A DNA stretch of 64,000 nucleotides from Terriglobia bacterium (GCA_963748015.1 CAVVHE010000008.1:222070-286069); one strand, 5' to 3'. Shown: positions 55,122-64,000, counted from the stretch's first letter. Notes: generated from the sequence alone by a model not told the origin. A program made the numbers and translations.

Positions 55122-55171
55122 CCCCCCCTTCGGCGACGGGCCGCGTCGCGGGGCGGCGCAGGCAGCCCGGC

Positions 55172-57097
55172 TCACCGCTCAGCCGGGACCGTCAGCGTGA
55201 ACGCCATCAGGCGATTGTCCGCGAACGTCGGGAACACCACCTGCCCGGTCTCGGGGACGTAAGTGAAGTCCGCGATGCCCGTCTCCGTGGCCGTCAGATC
55301 GAGGAGCTTCGTGACCGTGCCGGACGCGTCCACGCGGTACAGCCGTCCCTCGTTGTGCGAGACCAGCCAGCCTCCGGCCGGGTGGTCGGCGACTCCGTCG
55401 ATGATCCCCCCCTGCAATTCGGCGATCACGGCGATCTTGCCGCTCGCGAGGTCCGCGGCTTTCAGCTTCCCATCGCCGTTGTTCCCCCATACGAGGCGCT
55501 GCCCGGACACGCACACCCCGTTCGGCCTGTCCACCTCCGGGCCCTGGAGCCAGGCTTCCCACGCGCCGGCCCGTCGCCGGTAGATGACGCCCTGGGCCGA
55601 ATCGGACACGTACAGGGTCCCGGCGGGGCCCACGGCGACGTCGTTCAAGCGGATCGCGCCGGGCACGGGCTCGCGCTTCGTGACGCGCGCCGCGGCGATG
55701 TCGATCTCCACGACGGAGGTGGGCTCCACCGCGAACAGGACCCCGGCCGAGACGGCGAGACCCGTCGGGTTGCGAAGGCCGGTCACCCACGGGCGAGGCT
55801 CGCCGGTGCCGCCGGCGGGAACCGCCGAGACCGCCTGGCGCCCCTCGGCCCCGCTCGGTACGTACGCCTCGTAGTTGGACACGAAGAGGGTGCGGGTCGC
55901 CGGGTCGTATGCCGCCGACTCCGGCAGGGCGAACGACTTCTTCGTGGACCACGCGCGGCGCAGCCCGGGCGCGGCGTACTCCGCCGTCCCGTCCTGGAGC
56001 GTGAAGCCCCACCCGCCCATCGTCTCGATCAGCGCGATCACGATCTCGTTGTCCCCCTTCCGGAGGGGCAGGTACACGGTGTCGCTCGAGCCGACGATCC
56101 CCAGGAAGGAGGGGTCTCGCCCCTGGTACTGGCTGTTTCCCTCGAACACGGAGGCGCCGTTGCAGAACACCCGGACGATGTCGCTGTACCCGATCCGGAA
56201 GGGGCGGGCGCCGTCCCGCTCGGCGCGAATCACCGTCTTCGCGAAGACCAGCTCCGGTCCCGTACCGCGAGCGCGGTACCGGGAGACGTCCACGAGCCCG
56301 CCCGCGTCCGCCCTCGCCTCGATCCACCGCAGCGACGGCAGCTGGCGCGAGAGGGGCTCGTCGAGATCCACGCGGAGCGCCGGGATCGTCTGCGACAGCT
56401 TCCAGTCGCTCACGAACCCGGGCCCGACATCCCTGCGGGGCGGCGGGTCGAAGCGCAGCGAATCGTCCTTCCTGAATGCGAAGCTCGAGAAGTAGGCGCT
56501 GCCGTCCGCCGGCCCCATCAGGCCGATGCCGCCGCGCCGCGCGCCGTGCCGGAGCTCGGGCACGATGAGCGCCGGCGTCGGGGCATCGTCGAGGAAGACG
56601 CGCGCCTGGGTGCCGAGGACCTCGACCTTGACGTGGAACCAGCGCCCGATCGGGATCGTTGCCGGGGCGGTGTAGCCCCGGCCGCTGTAGAGCTGCCACG
56701 AGTCCACGCGGTTCCACGCGGGCACGTACTGCACGACGTCGGGATAGAGCGGCGGCGGCACGACGCCCGCGCGGTGCGGGCGGAGGTAGACACGCTCCCA
56801 GCTCCCGTCCGGTTGCGACCGAAAGACGATCCCGGGGTAGGAGCGCGCGCCGGTCACGGCCACGTCGAATTCGAGCACTCCGTTCTCGAACTCCGCGCCC
56901 GCGACGAACGCCGTGCCGGCGAGGGCGCTGCGGCCCAGGTGCTCGACCGTCCTGGCGTTGTCCAGGTTCCATCGGCCGGAATCGAAGGGAACCGCGCCCT
57001 CGGGCTCGGCGCGGATCGAGCTCGCCGGCCACGCCACGGCGATCAGGGAAGGCATGAGCAAGAAAAAGAGAGACCAGCCGCTTCGAGAGGTCCGCAT
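55172..57097 (-). CDS. Secreted multidomain protein: DUF1080/LamG-like + beta-sandwich + C-terminal SMP-30/NHL-like beta-propeller
   Basis: This is only the C-terminal 642 codons of the 1815-aa ORF-track entry. The ATG at 57097 has AGGAG upstream, and a signal peptide (SLFFLLMPSLIAVAWPA) is present. The domain calls are made by eye and are tentative. Confidence 0.55.
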   Translation of the reverse strand: MRTSRSGWSLFFLLMPSLIAVAWPASSIRAEPEGAVPFDSGRWNLDNARTVEHLGRSALAGTAFVAGAEFENGVLEFDVAVTGARSYPGIVFRSQPDGSWERVYLRPHRAGVVPPPLYPDVVQYVPAWNRVDSWQLYSGRGYTAPATIPIGRWFHVKVEVLGTQARVFLDDAPTPALIVPELRHGARRGGIGLMGPADGSAYFSSFAFRKDDSLRFDPPPRRDVGPGFVSDWKLSQTIPALRVDLDEPLSRQLPSLRWIEARADAGGLVDVSRYRARGTGPELVFAKTVIRAERDGARPFRIGYSDIVRVFCNGASVFEGNSQYQGRDPSFLGIVGSSDTVYLPLRKGDNEIVIALIETMGGWGFTLQDGTAEYAAPGLRRAWSTKKSFALPESAAYDPATRTLFVSNYEAYVPSGAEGRQAVSAVPAGGTGEPRPWVTGLRNPTGLAVSAGVLFAVEPTSVVEIDIAAARVTKREPVPGAIRLNDVAVGPAGTLYVSDSAQGVIYRRRAGAWEAWLQGPEVDRPNGVCVSGQRLVWGNNGDGKLKAADLASGKIAVIAELQGGIIDGVADHPAGGWLVSHNEGRLYRVDASGTVTKLLDLTATETGIADFTYVPETGQVVFPTFADNRLMAFTLTVPAER

Positions 57098-57150
57098 GGC
57101 TGACTCCTGCGCAGGTGGTCGCCGCGGGGCACGCGAGGCCGGCTCGGGTT

Positions 57151-58179
57151 TCAGCTTGCCTCGCTCGGAGAGCCGGCCGCGGCGACGTCTCTCACGCACC
57201 GGAACCCGATGCCGCGCATCGACTTCGGCAGCACGCTGATGCCACCGGTGTAGTTGACCGCGAAGGCGGTCGTGCGGTCGGCTTCCTCCGACGACCAGTA
57301 ATAGATGGGGGCCTCGTCGGGCGCCCACAGCGGGGTCTCCTTGTCCGGAGGCGTGCGGCACGCGGCGTGGGGCGACCGGCGGTCCCACGCGCACCCCGCA
57401 TTCGTTCCACCGCGCGTGAGCGAGAGCACGATCTCGTCCGCGGTCGGCAGCCGCCAGCTCGCGGCGGGCGCGGAGAGAAGCGAGGCTCCGTCTTCGCTCA
57501 GAAACGCGCAGCGATCGTTTGACGAGCCGCCGTGGCGGGTCAGTGACTCCCAGGAAAGGGGGCCGGTCCCGGGCTCGTCCGAGTTCCACCCCGCGCCCCG
57601 GGGCGCCCACTCCAGGGTGACGCCGTTCCCCTCGATGACCCGCGCTCCTCGAAGGCCGTCGTCGTGCCTGGCGAGCAGCCCCGGCAACTGCTGCACCGCC
57701 AGGATGGAGACGCCGAGGAGCGGCACGCCGACGAGAAGGACGTATCGGTAGCTCCGAACGATCCAGCGCGGCGACGCAGCGACGCCCTCCTCTCGCAGCA
57801 GGCGCCGGTGGCGCCCCTCGAGCAGGAAGAGAAGCGCCGCCAGAACGACGGGCCCCAGGAGCATTGCGGCGCTGAAGAGAAGCTGGCCGAGGGGCGCCAT
57901 GCCTCGCTGCACCTGCACGGTCAGCCACAGCGCCCAAGCGACGAATCCGGCGCCCAGCAACAAGGCGCCGCCGGCCCGGGGCCACCGCAGCGCCACGAGG
58001 AACAACGCAAGCAGGGCGAGCGCCGGGGCCAGGTAGCCCGCCATTCGCGCGATGGGCTGTCCCCACCCCTCGTAGAACAGGCTGGCGGTGCCGGTGAACG
58101 CCACGACGGTCGTCGCGATGACCGCGAGCACGGTTGCGAGCACACCGGGAAGGCCTCGGACGACGTGGCTCGGTGCCAT
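57151..58179 (-). CDS. Membrane protein with C-terminal DUF1566 (Lcl-like) domain
   Basis: About 5 N-terminal TM helices are present. The C-terminal part WRLPTADEI...YYWSSEE...FRCVRD is typical of DUF1566. Confidence 0.5.
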   Translation of the reverse strand: MAPSHVVRGLPGVLATVLAVIATTVVAFTGTASLFYEGWGQPIARMAGYLAPALALLALFLVALRWPRAGGALLLGAGFVAWALWLTVQVQRGMAPLGQLLFSAAMLLGPVVLAALLFLLEGRHRRLLREEGVAASPRWIVRSYRYVLLVGVPLLGVSILAVQQLPGLLARHDDGLRGARVIEGNGVTLEWAPRGAGWNSDEPGTGPLSWESLTRHGGSSNDRCAFLSEDGASLLSAPAASWRLPTADEIVLSLTRGGTNAGCAWDRRSPHAACRTPPDKETPLWAPDEAPIYYWSSEEADRTTAFAVNYTGGISVLPKSMRGIGFRCVRDVAAAGSPSEAS

Positions 58180-58209
58180 GACGACCTCCTCGCGGCCCGG
58201 CCGGCCGGG

Positions 58210-60552
58210 CTACGGCGTGCGGTCCTTCGGCGAGCGCGGGCTCGCGGACGAGGTCGAGAGCGGCAGGCCCAGCGACGCGCCGCGTCCGGGACCGGCGAAG
58301 GCGACCGCGGGGACCGGTACGGGGCCCGCGGGCATCGTGCGCAGCTCGAGGTAGCGGCGGATCGCGGCGACCGTGCACCCGAGGCCGAGGAACATCGTCC
58401 CGGCCCAGAGGAAGCCGATCATCGGCTTGTTGCTGGCCTCGACGACGAGGACCTCGGATGCCGAGCCCGCGCGGTCGTCGGCCTGCACCAGGATCATCCC
58501 CTGCTCGACCGCCATCCGGTTCATCTTCAGGGTGACGCCGGGGAGGGACTTCGGCTCGACGGGCGTTGCGTCGAGCCGCCCTTCCGAGAACCGCATCGGG
58601 AGCGTCACCGTCTCCTGCTCGGCGCCGCGGGCGATCCGCACCTGCGCTCGAACGGTCATCACGTGCTCCTCGCCGCTCGCCGGGGTCTCGAACTTGACGA
58701 ACGTGAGGGTGGCGTCGCGGAAGGGGACCGGCTGGCCCTTCACCAGCTGGAGCGGGCCCGACTGGCCGCCCATCTCGAGCGCGAGGGGCGCGATGTAGAC
58801 GTCGCGGGAGAACTCCCGGTGAATGTCCGGGAAGCGCATCGTCTGCATCCTCCCGTCCTCCCCTTGCCCCTTGTTGTACATCCGGACCTCGAGCAGCTCC
58901 TCGGCCTTGCCCGGCGACATCAACGCGACCCGCCAGCGGTCCTTGGGCTGCGATCCGTCCACGTGGCCGCGGTAGGTCAGGATCACGCCGGCCGATTCCA
59001 CGGGCTCGCCGAGCGGGAGGCGCACCTCGTGCTTGCTCCCCCAGGCGCCGCTGGCGACGATCCCGACGAACATCAGCGCGAAGCCGAGGTGCGCGGTCGC
59101 CGCCCCGGTGGCGAGGAGGCTCGTGCGCGCGACGAGGACGAGGCGCACGACGTTCGCGGTCATCGCGGCCAGCGCGACGAAGAACAGGACGAGCTCGGCC
59201 GCGCCGCCGTAGCCGAGGGCGAGGGCGGCGGCGCAGCCCGCCACGCCGGCGACCAGCGGGAGGACGAGGTGCTTTCCCCACTCCTTGAACGGGCGGCCGA
59301 CCCACGAGAGGAACGGGCCGACCGCGAGGAGGCCGAGCAGGACGACGTAGAGCGGGAGGCTCCAGCGGTTGTACCAGTCGGGCTCGTAGGTACCCGGCTT
59401 GCCCAGCATCGAGGAGGGGAGCGGGTATGTCGTGCCCCAGAACACGAGGAGCGCCGAGATGCCCAGCACCACGATCACGAGCAGGAGGACGAGCGGCCAG
59501 GCGAAGTGCGTGTCCACCGGCGCGCCGTCCATCTTGCCGCGGCGGAAGAGCGCCCAGGCGCCCGCGGCCAGGATGAGCACGAGCGCCGCCAGCATCTCGA
59601 CGTTCACCGGGACCGCCCAGAAGCTCACCCCCGCCTCGAACGAGTGGACCGAGAACTTCGCGAGCACGCCGGTCCGCGTGAGGAACGTCGAGTACACGAT
59701 CAGCCAGTACGCGGCCAGCGAGAGGACGAGATTCGTCCGGCGGAGCGCGCCGGTCGCGCGCTGAACCAGCAGGCCGTGGATCAGCGCGGCAGCGACGATC
59801 CACGGGATCAGCGAGGCGTTCTCGACCGGGTCCCAGCCCCAGTAGCCGCCCCAGCCGAGCGTCTTGTACGCCCAGAAGCCGCCGAGCACGACGCCGACGC
59901 CGAGCGAGATGAAGCCGAAGAGGGCCCAGCGCAGGGCAGTGCCGAGCCAGCGCTCCTCCTGCCTCTTGAGGAGCGCGACGAAGGCGAGGACGCCGGGGAT
60001 CGTGAGCGCGGCGTAGCCGACGAACACGGCCGGCGGGTGGCTGGCCATCCACGGGTCCTGCAGCAGGTCGTTCAGCCCGTCGCCGTCGGGGGGGATCGGG
60101 AGCAAGAGGCGGAACGGGTTGCCGCCCGACTTGAACAGCCCCGGCACGTCCACCATCAGCCCGATCAGGAAGAGGATGGTCGGGACGTAGCAGGCCATGA
60201 CGGCTGCGGGCTCCCACGACCGCTTCCGGAACAGCGCGTACCCCATGATCGCGGAGAACAGCGCCCACAAGAGGAACGTCCCTTGCTGTCCTCCCCAGAA
60301 CGCCGAGATGAGGTAGACGAGGGGAAGATCGCGGGACGAGTACCGCGCCACGTAGTCGTACCGGAAGTCGTGGGTCAGGATCGCGACCATCAGGAAGACG
60401 GACGCGACCGCCAGCACGATGGTCATGCCGTGGTAGGCAAGCCGGAAGGTGGCCGCCGAAGCCTCGCGCCCCCGCGCCCAGCGCGTCGCCTCCACGAACG
60501 CGAGCACCCCGAGCGCCGCCGCCAACCACACCGCAATGGTCCCTGGTGTCAT
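58210..60552 (-). CDS. ccmF: Cytochrome c-type biogenesis heme lyase CcmF/NrfE family
   Basis: The 780-aa polytopic product carries the WWD heme-handling motif WGGYWGWDPVENASL and a conserved His after it (ALIHG). Confidence 0.8.
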   Translation of the reverse strand: MTPGTIAVWLAAALGVLAFVEATRWARGREASAATFRLAYHGMTIVLAVASVFLMVAILTHDFRYDYVARYSSRDLPLVYLISAFWGGQQGTFLLWALFSAIMGYALFRKRSWEPAAVMACYVPTILFLIGLMVDVPGLFKSGGNPFRLLLPIPPDGDGLNDLLQDPWMASHPPAVFVGYAALTIPGVLAFVALLKRQEERWLGTALRWALFGFISLGVGVVLGGFWAYKTLGWGGYWGWDPVENASLIPWIVAAALIHGLLVQRATGALRRTNLVLSLAAYWLIVYSTFLTRTGVLAKFSVHSFEAGVSFWAVPVNVEMLAALVLILAAGAWALFRRGKMDGAPVDTHFAWPLVLLLVIVVLGISALLVFWGTTYPLPSSMLGKPGTYEPDWYNRWSLPLYVVLLGLLAVGPFLSWVGRPFKEWGKHLVLPLVAGVAGCAAALALGYGGAAELVLFFVALAAMTANVVRLVLVARTSLLATGAATAHLGFALMFVGIVASGAWGSKHEVRLPLGEPVESAGVILTYRGHVDGSQPKDRWRVALMSPGKAEELLEVRMYNKGQGEDGRMQTMRFPDIHREFSRDVYIAPLALEMGGQSGPLQLVKGQPVPFRDATLTFVKFETPASGEEHVMTVRAQVRIARGAEQETVTLPMRFSEGRLDATPVEPKSLPGVTLKMNRMAVEQGMILVQADDRAGSASEVLVVEASNKPMIGFLWAGTMFLGLGCTVAAIRRYLELRTMPAGPVPVPAVAFAGPGRGASLGLPLSTSSASPRSPKDRTP

Positions 60553-60584
60553 GTCCTCTCCTTCCGGTCGAGCCCCCTAAGATA

Positions 60585-61478
60585 CTAAAGGACCGATTCG
60601 GTGCGCAAAAAAGGTGCAAGGTAGGGGGTCAGGTCTTCGAAGGAGGCGATGCGGGAGACGAGGTCGGCGGCGGAGGCTCCCCAGGCGAGGAGGGGGGCGG
60701 GGTTCAGGGTGTGGAGGTCGTGGTGGCCCTCCTCGAGGTTGCCGTGGTCGCTCACGACGACGAGGCGGCTCGTCGAGAGGTCGAGGGCCTGGAGCGCCGC
60801 GTCCACGAGATCCTCGGCGCGGCGCGCCTGGAGAAGCCTCGCCTCGCGGTTTCCCCGGTGCCCGGCGATGTCGGTGAGGAAATACTCGTAGAACACCAGG
60901 TCGTGTTGCTCGAGGAGGCCCGCGAGGATTCCCGCCGCGTGCCTCGCGTCGTGGACCGGGGCATCCAGCGAGCGGCTCCACGGCGTGTCGCCCGCCCAAT
61001 CGTGGAAGAGGGCCTCGCCCCGCCGCCCCTCCACGTCCAGCATCCTGAAGGGAACGCCCGACGCGCGGACCATCCGGGTCGATGCCGACCAGCGCGGACG
61101 CTTGGCCTCGAGGTGGCCGGGGGTGTACGCGTTGGCGAACGTCGGCCTGCGTCCCCCCTTCACGAGCCGCGAGAACAGCGAGTCGCCCTCGAGCAGCCGG
61201 CGGAGCGAGGGACCGGGGAGCCCCGGCAGGTGCCGCCCCGCGAGGCGCGCCGCGTTGACCCCGGTGAGGAGCGTCGTCTGTCCGGTCGCGGACTGCGGCA
61301 GGCCGGGAACGCCGAGCGTCGCGTCGAGCGGGCGGAACGCGCAGTCGTCGTCGGGCTTCCGTCCCGCGAGCGGCGCCAAGCGGCGCACCCCGGCGGCGGC
61401 GAACGGATTGGTCTCCGCATCGTCCCGGCCGATGCCGATTCCGTCGAAGAACAGGAGCAGCGTTCGCACGGGCTCCAT
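60585..61478 (-). CDS. Alkaline-phosphatase-superfamily metalloenzyme (iPGM/phosphopentomutase-like)
   Basis: The N-terminal LLLFFDGIGIG, QSATGQTTLLTG and C-terminal VVVSDHGNLEE...H resemble the metal-ligand motifs of that superfamily. The specific activity is unknown. Confidence 0.5.
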   Translation of the reverse strand: MEPVRTLLLFFDGIGIGRDDAETNPFAAAGVRRLAPLAGRKPDDDCAFRPLDATLGVPGLPQSATGQTTLLTGVNAARLAGRHLPGLPGPSLRRLLEGDSLFSRLVKGGRRPTFANAYTPGHLEAKRPRWSASTRMVRASGVPFRMLDVEGRRGEALFHDWAGDTPWSRSLDAPVHDARHAAGILAGLLEQHDLVFYEYFLTDIAGHRGNREARLLQARRAEDLVDAALQALDLSTSRLVVVSDHGNLEEGHHDLHTLNPAPLLAWGASAADLVSRIASFEDLTPYLAPFLRTESVL

Positions 61479-61564
61479 GCTAGCCGTCGCGCCGCGCCCC
61501 CGCGAGTGCGCGATATACTCGGCCTCCTCCCGGCCCCGGGGGAGCGACGTGGGGGGGCCGAGCG

Positions 61565-62482
61565 TTGGGCGAGCCCGTCATCGAAGCCCGCGACCTGACG
61601 AAGCGCTACGGCGCGACCGTGGGGCTCGAGGGGCTCGACCTCGCCGTGGAGCGCGGCGAGGTGTTCGGCTTCCTCGGCCCGAACGGCTCCGGCAAGACCA
61701 CGACGATCCGCCTCTTGCTCGACCTCATCCGGCCCACGCGCGGCACGGCGCGGCTGTTCGGGCGCCCGGCCGCGGACCCGGACGCGCGCCGGCGCGTCGG
61801 CCACCTTCCCGGCGATCTCGTTCTCGACGGGCGCCTCACGGGACTCGACACGCTGCGCTTCCTTTCCTCGCTGCAAGGCCGCACACCCCCCGCCGCGAGC
61901 GCGATGCGGGGCCGGGAGCTCGCCGACCTCCTCGGCCTGACGGAGAAGGACCTCGGCCGGCGAGTGCGCGAGTACTCGCGGGGCATGCGGCAGAAGCTCG
62001 GACTCGTCGCCGCGTTTCAGCACCGCCCGGACGTCCTGATCCTCGACGAGCCGACCACGGGGCTCGACCCGCTGGTCCGCGAGGTGGTCTTCGACCTGCT
62101 TCAGCAAGCCGGGCGCGATGGCCGCACGGTGTTCCACTCGTCCCACATCCTCAGCGAGGTGGAGCGCACCTGCTCGCGAGTGGGGATTCTCCGCACGGGA
62201 CGCCTGGTGTCGGTCGCGCGCACCGACGAGCTCCGCCGCGCGTCGGTGCGCCGCATGGTCGTGCGCTTCGCCCGGCCCGTCCCCGCCGAGGAGTTCGCCA
62301 TGCCCGGCGTTGAGGTGGTGGAGCACGACGGCGCGCGCGTCGTGCTGAAGGTGACCGCGTCGCTCGATCCTCTCCTTCGCGTCCTGTCCCGACACCCCGT
62401 CGAGCACCTGGCGTTTCCCGAGCCGAGCCTCGAGGAGGCCTTCGTGGAGCTGTACCGCGAGGCGGAGGAGGACCGGCCGTGA
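61565..62482 (+). CDS. ABC transporter ATP-binding protein (ABC-2/DrrA type)
   Basis: GPNGSGKTTT, YSRGMRQKLGL and LILDEPTTGLDP are present. The start is a TTG or GTG near 61565. Confidence 0.85.
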   Translation: MGEPVIEARDLTKRYGATVGLEGLDLAVERGEVFGFLGPNGSGKTTTIRLLLDLIRPTRGTARLFGRPAADPDARRRVGHLPGDLVLDGRLTGLDTLRFLSSLQGRTPPAASAMRGRELADLLGLTEKDLGRRVREYSRGMRQKLGLVAAFQHRPDVLILDEPTTGLDPLVREVVFDLLQQAGRDGRTVFHSSHILSEVERTCSRVGILRTGRLVSVARTDELRRASVRRMVVRFARPVPAEEFAMPGVEVVEHDGARVVLKVTASLDPLLRVLSRHPVEHLAFPEPSLEEAFVELYREAEEDRP

Positions 62483-63279
62483 CCTGGTCCCTCTTCATGC
62501 GAAACCTGCGGCACCACGCGCGCCTGCTCGTCTCGATGACGCTCGGCCTCGCGGCGTTCGAGGTGCTGATCGTCTGGGTCGCGGCGAAGATCGAGGAAGG
62601 GTCGGGCCTCCGCGAGTTCCTCGAGCAGCTCCTCCCGCCGGAGGCGCAGGAGGCGGTCTTCTCCCAGTTCGGCCTCGTGTCGTTCCCGGGGGCCGTGGCG
62701 TTCGGGTTCATGCACCCGGTCGCGATCGTCGCGGCGGCGGCGTTCGTGGTCGTGGCGGCGACCGTCCCCGCGGCCGAGCGCGAGTCGGGCTTCCTCGATC
62801 TCGTGCTCGCCCGGCCCGTGCCCCGCGCGCGGTACCTTCTCGCCGTGGTGCTGCTCGTCATCGTCGGATCGCTGCTGCTGCCGGCGGCGCTCCTCGGCGG
62901 GGCCGCCGTCGCCCTTGCCATCGTGCAGGTGGAGGAGAGGCTTCCGCTCGCGAGATACGTCCCCGCGGCGGCCGGGCTCGTCTTCCTGCTCCTGGCGGTG
63001 GGCGGGTACGCGCTGCTCTTCGCCGCGGGCGCCAAGCGGCGCGGCGCAGCCGTCGGGCGCGCGGTGGGGCTGACGCTCGCCCTCTACGTCGTCGAGTTCC
63101 TGGCCGATTTCTGGAAGCCGCTCGACCGGATCCGCTGGCTGAGCCCGTTCCACTACTACAAGCCGATCGCCGCGGCGATCGTGCCGAGCACCCCGATCGA
63201 GAATCCCGCCGTTCTCCTACTCGCCTTCGCGGTGCTCGTCGCGGCGGCGGTCCTTCGCTTCCGCAGGCAGGATCTCTGA
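62479..63279 (+). CDS. ABC-2 type transporter permease
   Basis: The gene shows a 4-nt overlap with the ATPase gene. The 266-aa product has about 6 TM helices. Confidence 0.6.
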   Translation: MTWSLFMRNLRHHARLLVSMTLGLAAFEVLIVWVAAKIEEGSGLREFLEQLLPPEAQEAVFSQFGLVSFPGAVAFGFMHPVAIVAAAAFVVVAATVPAAERESGFLDLVLARPVPRARYLLAVVLLVIVGSLLLPAALLGGAAVALAIVQVEERLPLARYVPAAAGLVFLLLAVGGYALLFAAGAKRRGAAVGRAVGLTLALYVVEFLADFWKPLDRIRWLSPFHYYKPIAAAIVPSTPIENPAVLLLAFAVLVAAAVLRFRRQDL

Positions 63280-63332
63280 CCGGTGGGCTGTTCCCGGAAA
63301 GCGCGGCGGCGCCGGCCGGCGGGCCCGCCCGC

Positions 63333-63360
63333 TTGACTCCCTGCGCCCTGGCGGTACACT
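63333..63360 (+). promoter_or_regulatory. Candidate ssrA promoter (TTGACT - 16 nt - TACACT)
   Basis: The hexamers were read directly. The -10 element ends 21 nt upstream of the mature tmRNA 5' end. Confidence 0.4.
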
Positions 63361-63381
63361 TCTCTTGCCAGTCCTTCGCAC

Positions 63382-63731
63382 GGGGGCGAACTGGTTTCGA
63401 CGGAAAGGAAGAGGCGGGAGTAGCACGCCGAGGGCCACCTCCTCGTTAAACCGGTGGAATTAAAACAGCCAACGACAACTCGCTGGCTTTCGCGGCTTAA
63501 GCCGTGACGTCTCCCGGGCCGCTCTCCCGAGGCAGCCCGGCGAGGCGACGACAATTCGGGATGGTCTGGCGGTGACGCCCGTAACCGCTGGACGAGAATT
63601 ACGGGCTGGCCGTCCTCCCATTTGCCGCTCAGCGGAAGGACGGCGAGACTAAAAAACCGAGTCGGCTAAGCGTGTAGAAGCTTCCGTACGAACCTTTTCG
63701 GACGCGGGTTCGATTCCCGCCGCCTCCACCA
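63382..63731 (+). ncRNA. ssrA: tmRNA (SsrA), one-piece; tag ORF 63468-63500 encodes ANDNSLAFAA*
   Basis: The 5' GGGGGCGAACUGGUUUCGACG pairs with the 3' ...CGCCUCCACCA, including the G3:U pair. The T-arm is GGACGCGGGUUCGAUUCCCGCC. The resume codon GCC is followed by AAC GAC AAC TCG CTG GCT TTC GCG GCT TAA. Confidence 0.93.
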
Positions 63732-63790
63732 TTCGACTCGCGCCTTCGGCGCTCGCTCATGGCGGGCCATCCATCGCGAGTCGAATGGTG
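63727..63790. repeat. Perfect 16-bp inverted repeat (63727-63742 / 63775-63790) whose left arm includes the tmRNA 3' CACCA; followed by nested palindromes 63790-63846
   Basis: caccattcgactcgcg and cgcgagtcgaatggtg were read directly. The gtcgaagggcccttcgac palindrome is at 63818-63835. Confidence 0.7.
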
Positions 63791-63891
63791 CCCTGAGCAA
63801 GCGAGCGAAGCGAGCGCGTCGAAGGGCCCTTCGACAAGCTCAGGGCAGGCTGCTTGGTCCGGCGTCGGTCCCCGCCTCTCCGGATTCTCCC

Positions 63892-64000
63892 GTGTTCTTC
63901 GTCTACATCCTCGTCTGCTCCGACGGCTCGTACTACGTCGGCCACACCAGCGATCTCGACGCTCGGGTCAACGTGCACAACGCCGGTAGCGGAGCCACGC
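63892..64000 (+). CDS. GIY-YIG nuclease-domain protein (3' end cut by window edge)
   Basis: After the GTG start, FFVYILVCSDGSYYVGHTSDLDARVNVHNAG matches the GIY-(x9-11)-YIG core pattern. Confidence 0.55.
   Translation, partial: MFFVYILVCSDGSYYVGHTSDLDARVNVHNAGSGAT

Noticed and set aside
55172-60619. A single 1815-aa minus-strand ORF in the track, which would be a giant protein
   Set aside because: Only its last 642 codons (55172-57097) read like a real protein, with a signal peptide, an RBS and recognisable domains. Upstream, the translation is Arg/Pro/Gly-rich, low-complexity sequence. That part overlaps the well-formed DUF1566 and ccmF reading frames, so it is a stop-poor shadow frame typical of high-GC DNA.

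Overview
The window is a high-GC (about 70% by eye) chromosomal segment from a diderm bacterium. An Acidobacteriota-like lineage is my low-confidence guess. It is gene-dense, with roughly 55 protein genes and one tmRNA. I found no rRNA, tRNA, CRISPR array, transposase or prophage.

**Gene content in order**
- pdxS (cut by the window edge), pdxT and ilvE.
- A GAF-PAS hybrid histidine kinase, an SPFH/prohibitin protein and a CBS protein.
- A large single-chain purL, which is frameshifted.
- Two small secreted or lipoprotein genes and an S9 peptidase.
- An accessory block: two divergent pairs, each a PMP-like beta-helix protein ending in a dockerin plus a cohesin-like lipoprotein.
- lepA (frameshifted) and a Kelch/MopE-like/TSP3 mosaic secreted protein.
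- fabI, tsaD and mtnA, then a methylmalonyl-CoA-mutase-family catalytic subunit.
- An NTF2-like secreted protein, a DksA-zinc-finger/PP2C fusion and orphan oppD/oppF-type ATPases.
- A TolC(frameshifted)-Yip1-MacA-MacB efflux cluster, then exbB-exbD-exbD-tonB-TPR.
- A nuo operon in the order A-C-D-E-F-G-H-J-K-L-N, with no nuoB, nuoI or nuoM.
- A PtsN-like EIIA.
- A minus-strand operon: alkaline-phosphatase-superfamily enzyme, ccmF, DUF1566 membrane protein and DUF1080/beta-propeller protein.
- An ABC-2 transporter pair, ssrA (tmRNA) and a truncated GIY-YIG ORF.

**Most interesting observations**
1. The paired dockerin/cohesin modules sit in a non-cellulolytic context. One of the cohesin proteins has an N-N-C-C (nested) arrangement.
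2. The respiratory complex I operon lacks three non-adjacent subunit genes.
3. A two-tier palindromic element is present twice, with compensatory base changes between the copies.
4. A mirrored 21-nt inverted repeat carries outward-facing TATAAT boxes, which would give leaderless starts for mtnA and the mutase.
5. Indel-type frameshifts are concentrated in conserved core genes and are extremely dense in tolC. This pattern most likely reflects assembly or consensus error rather than biology.

All functional calls come from reading the supplied translations by eye. No database search was run.
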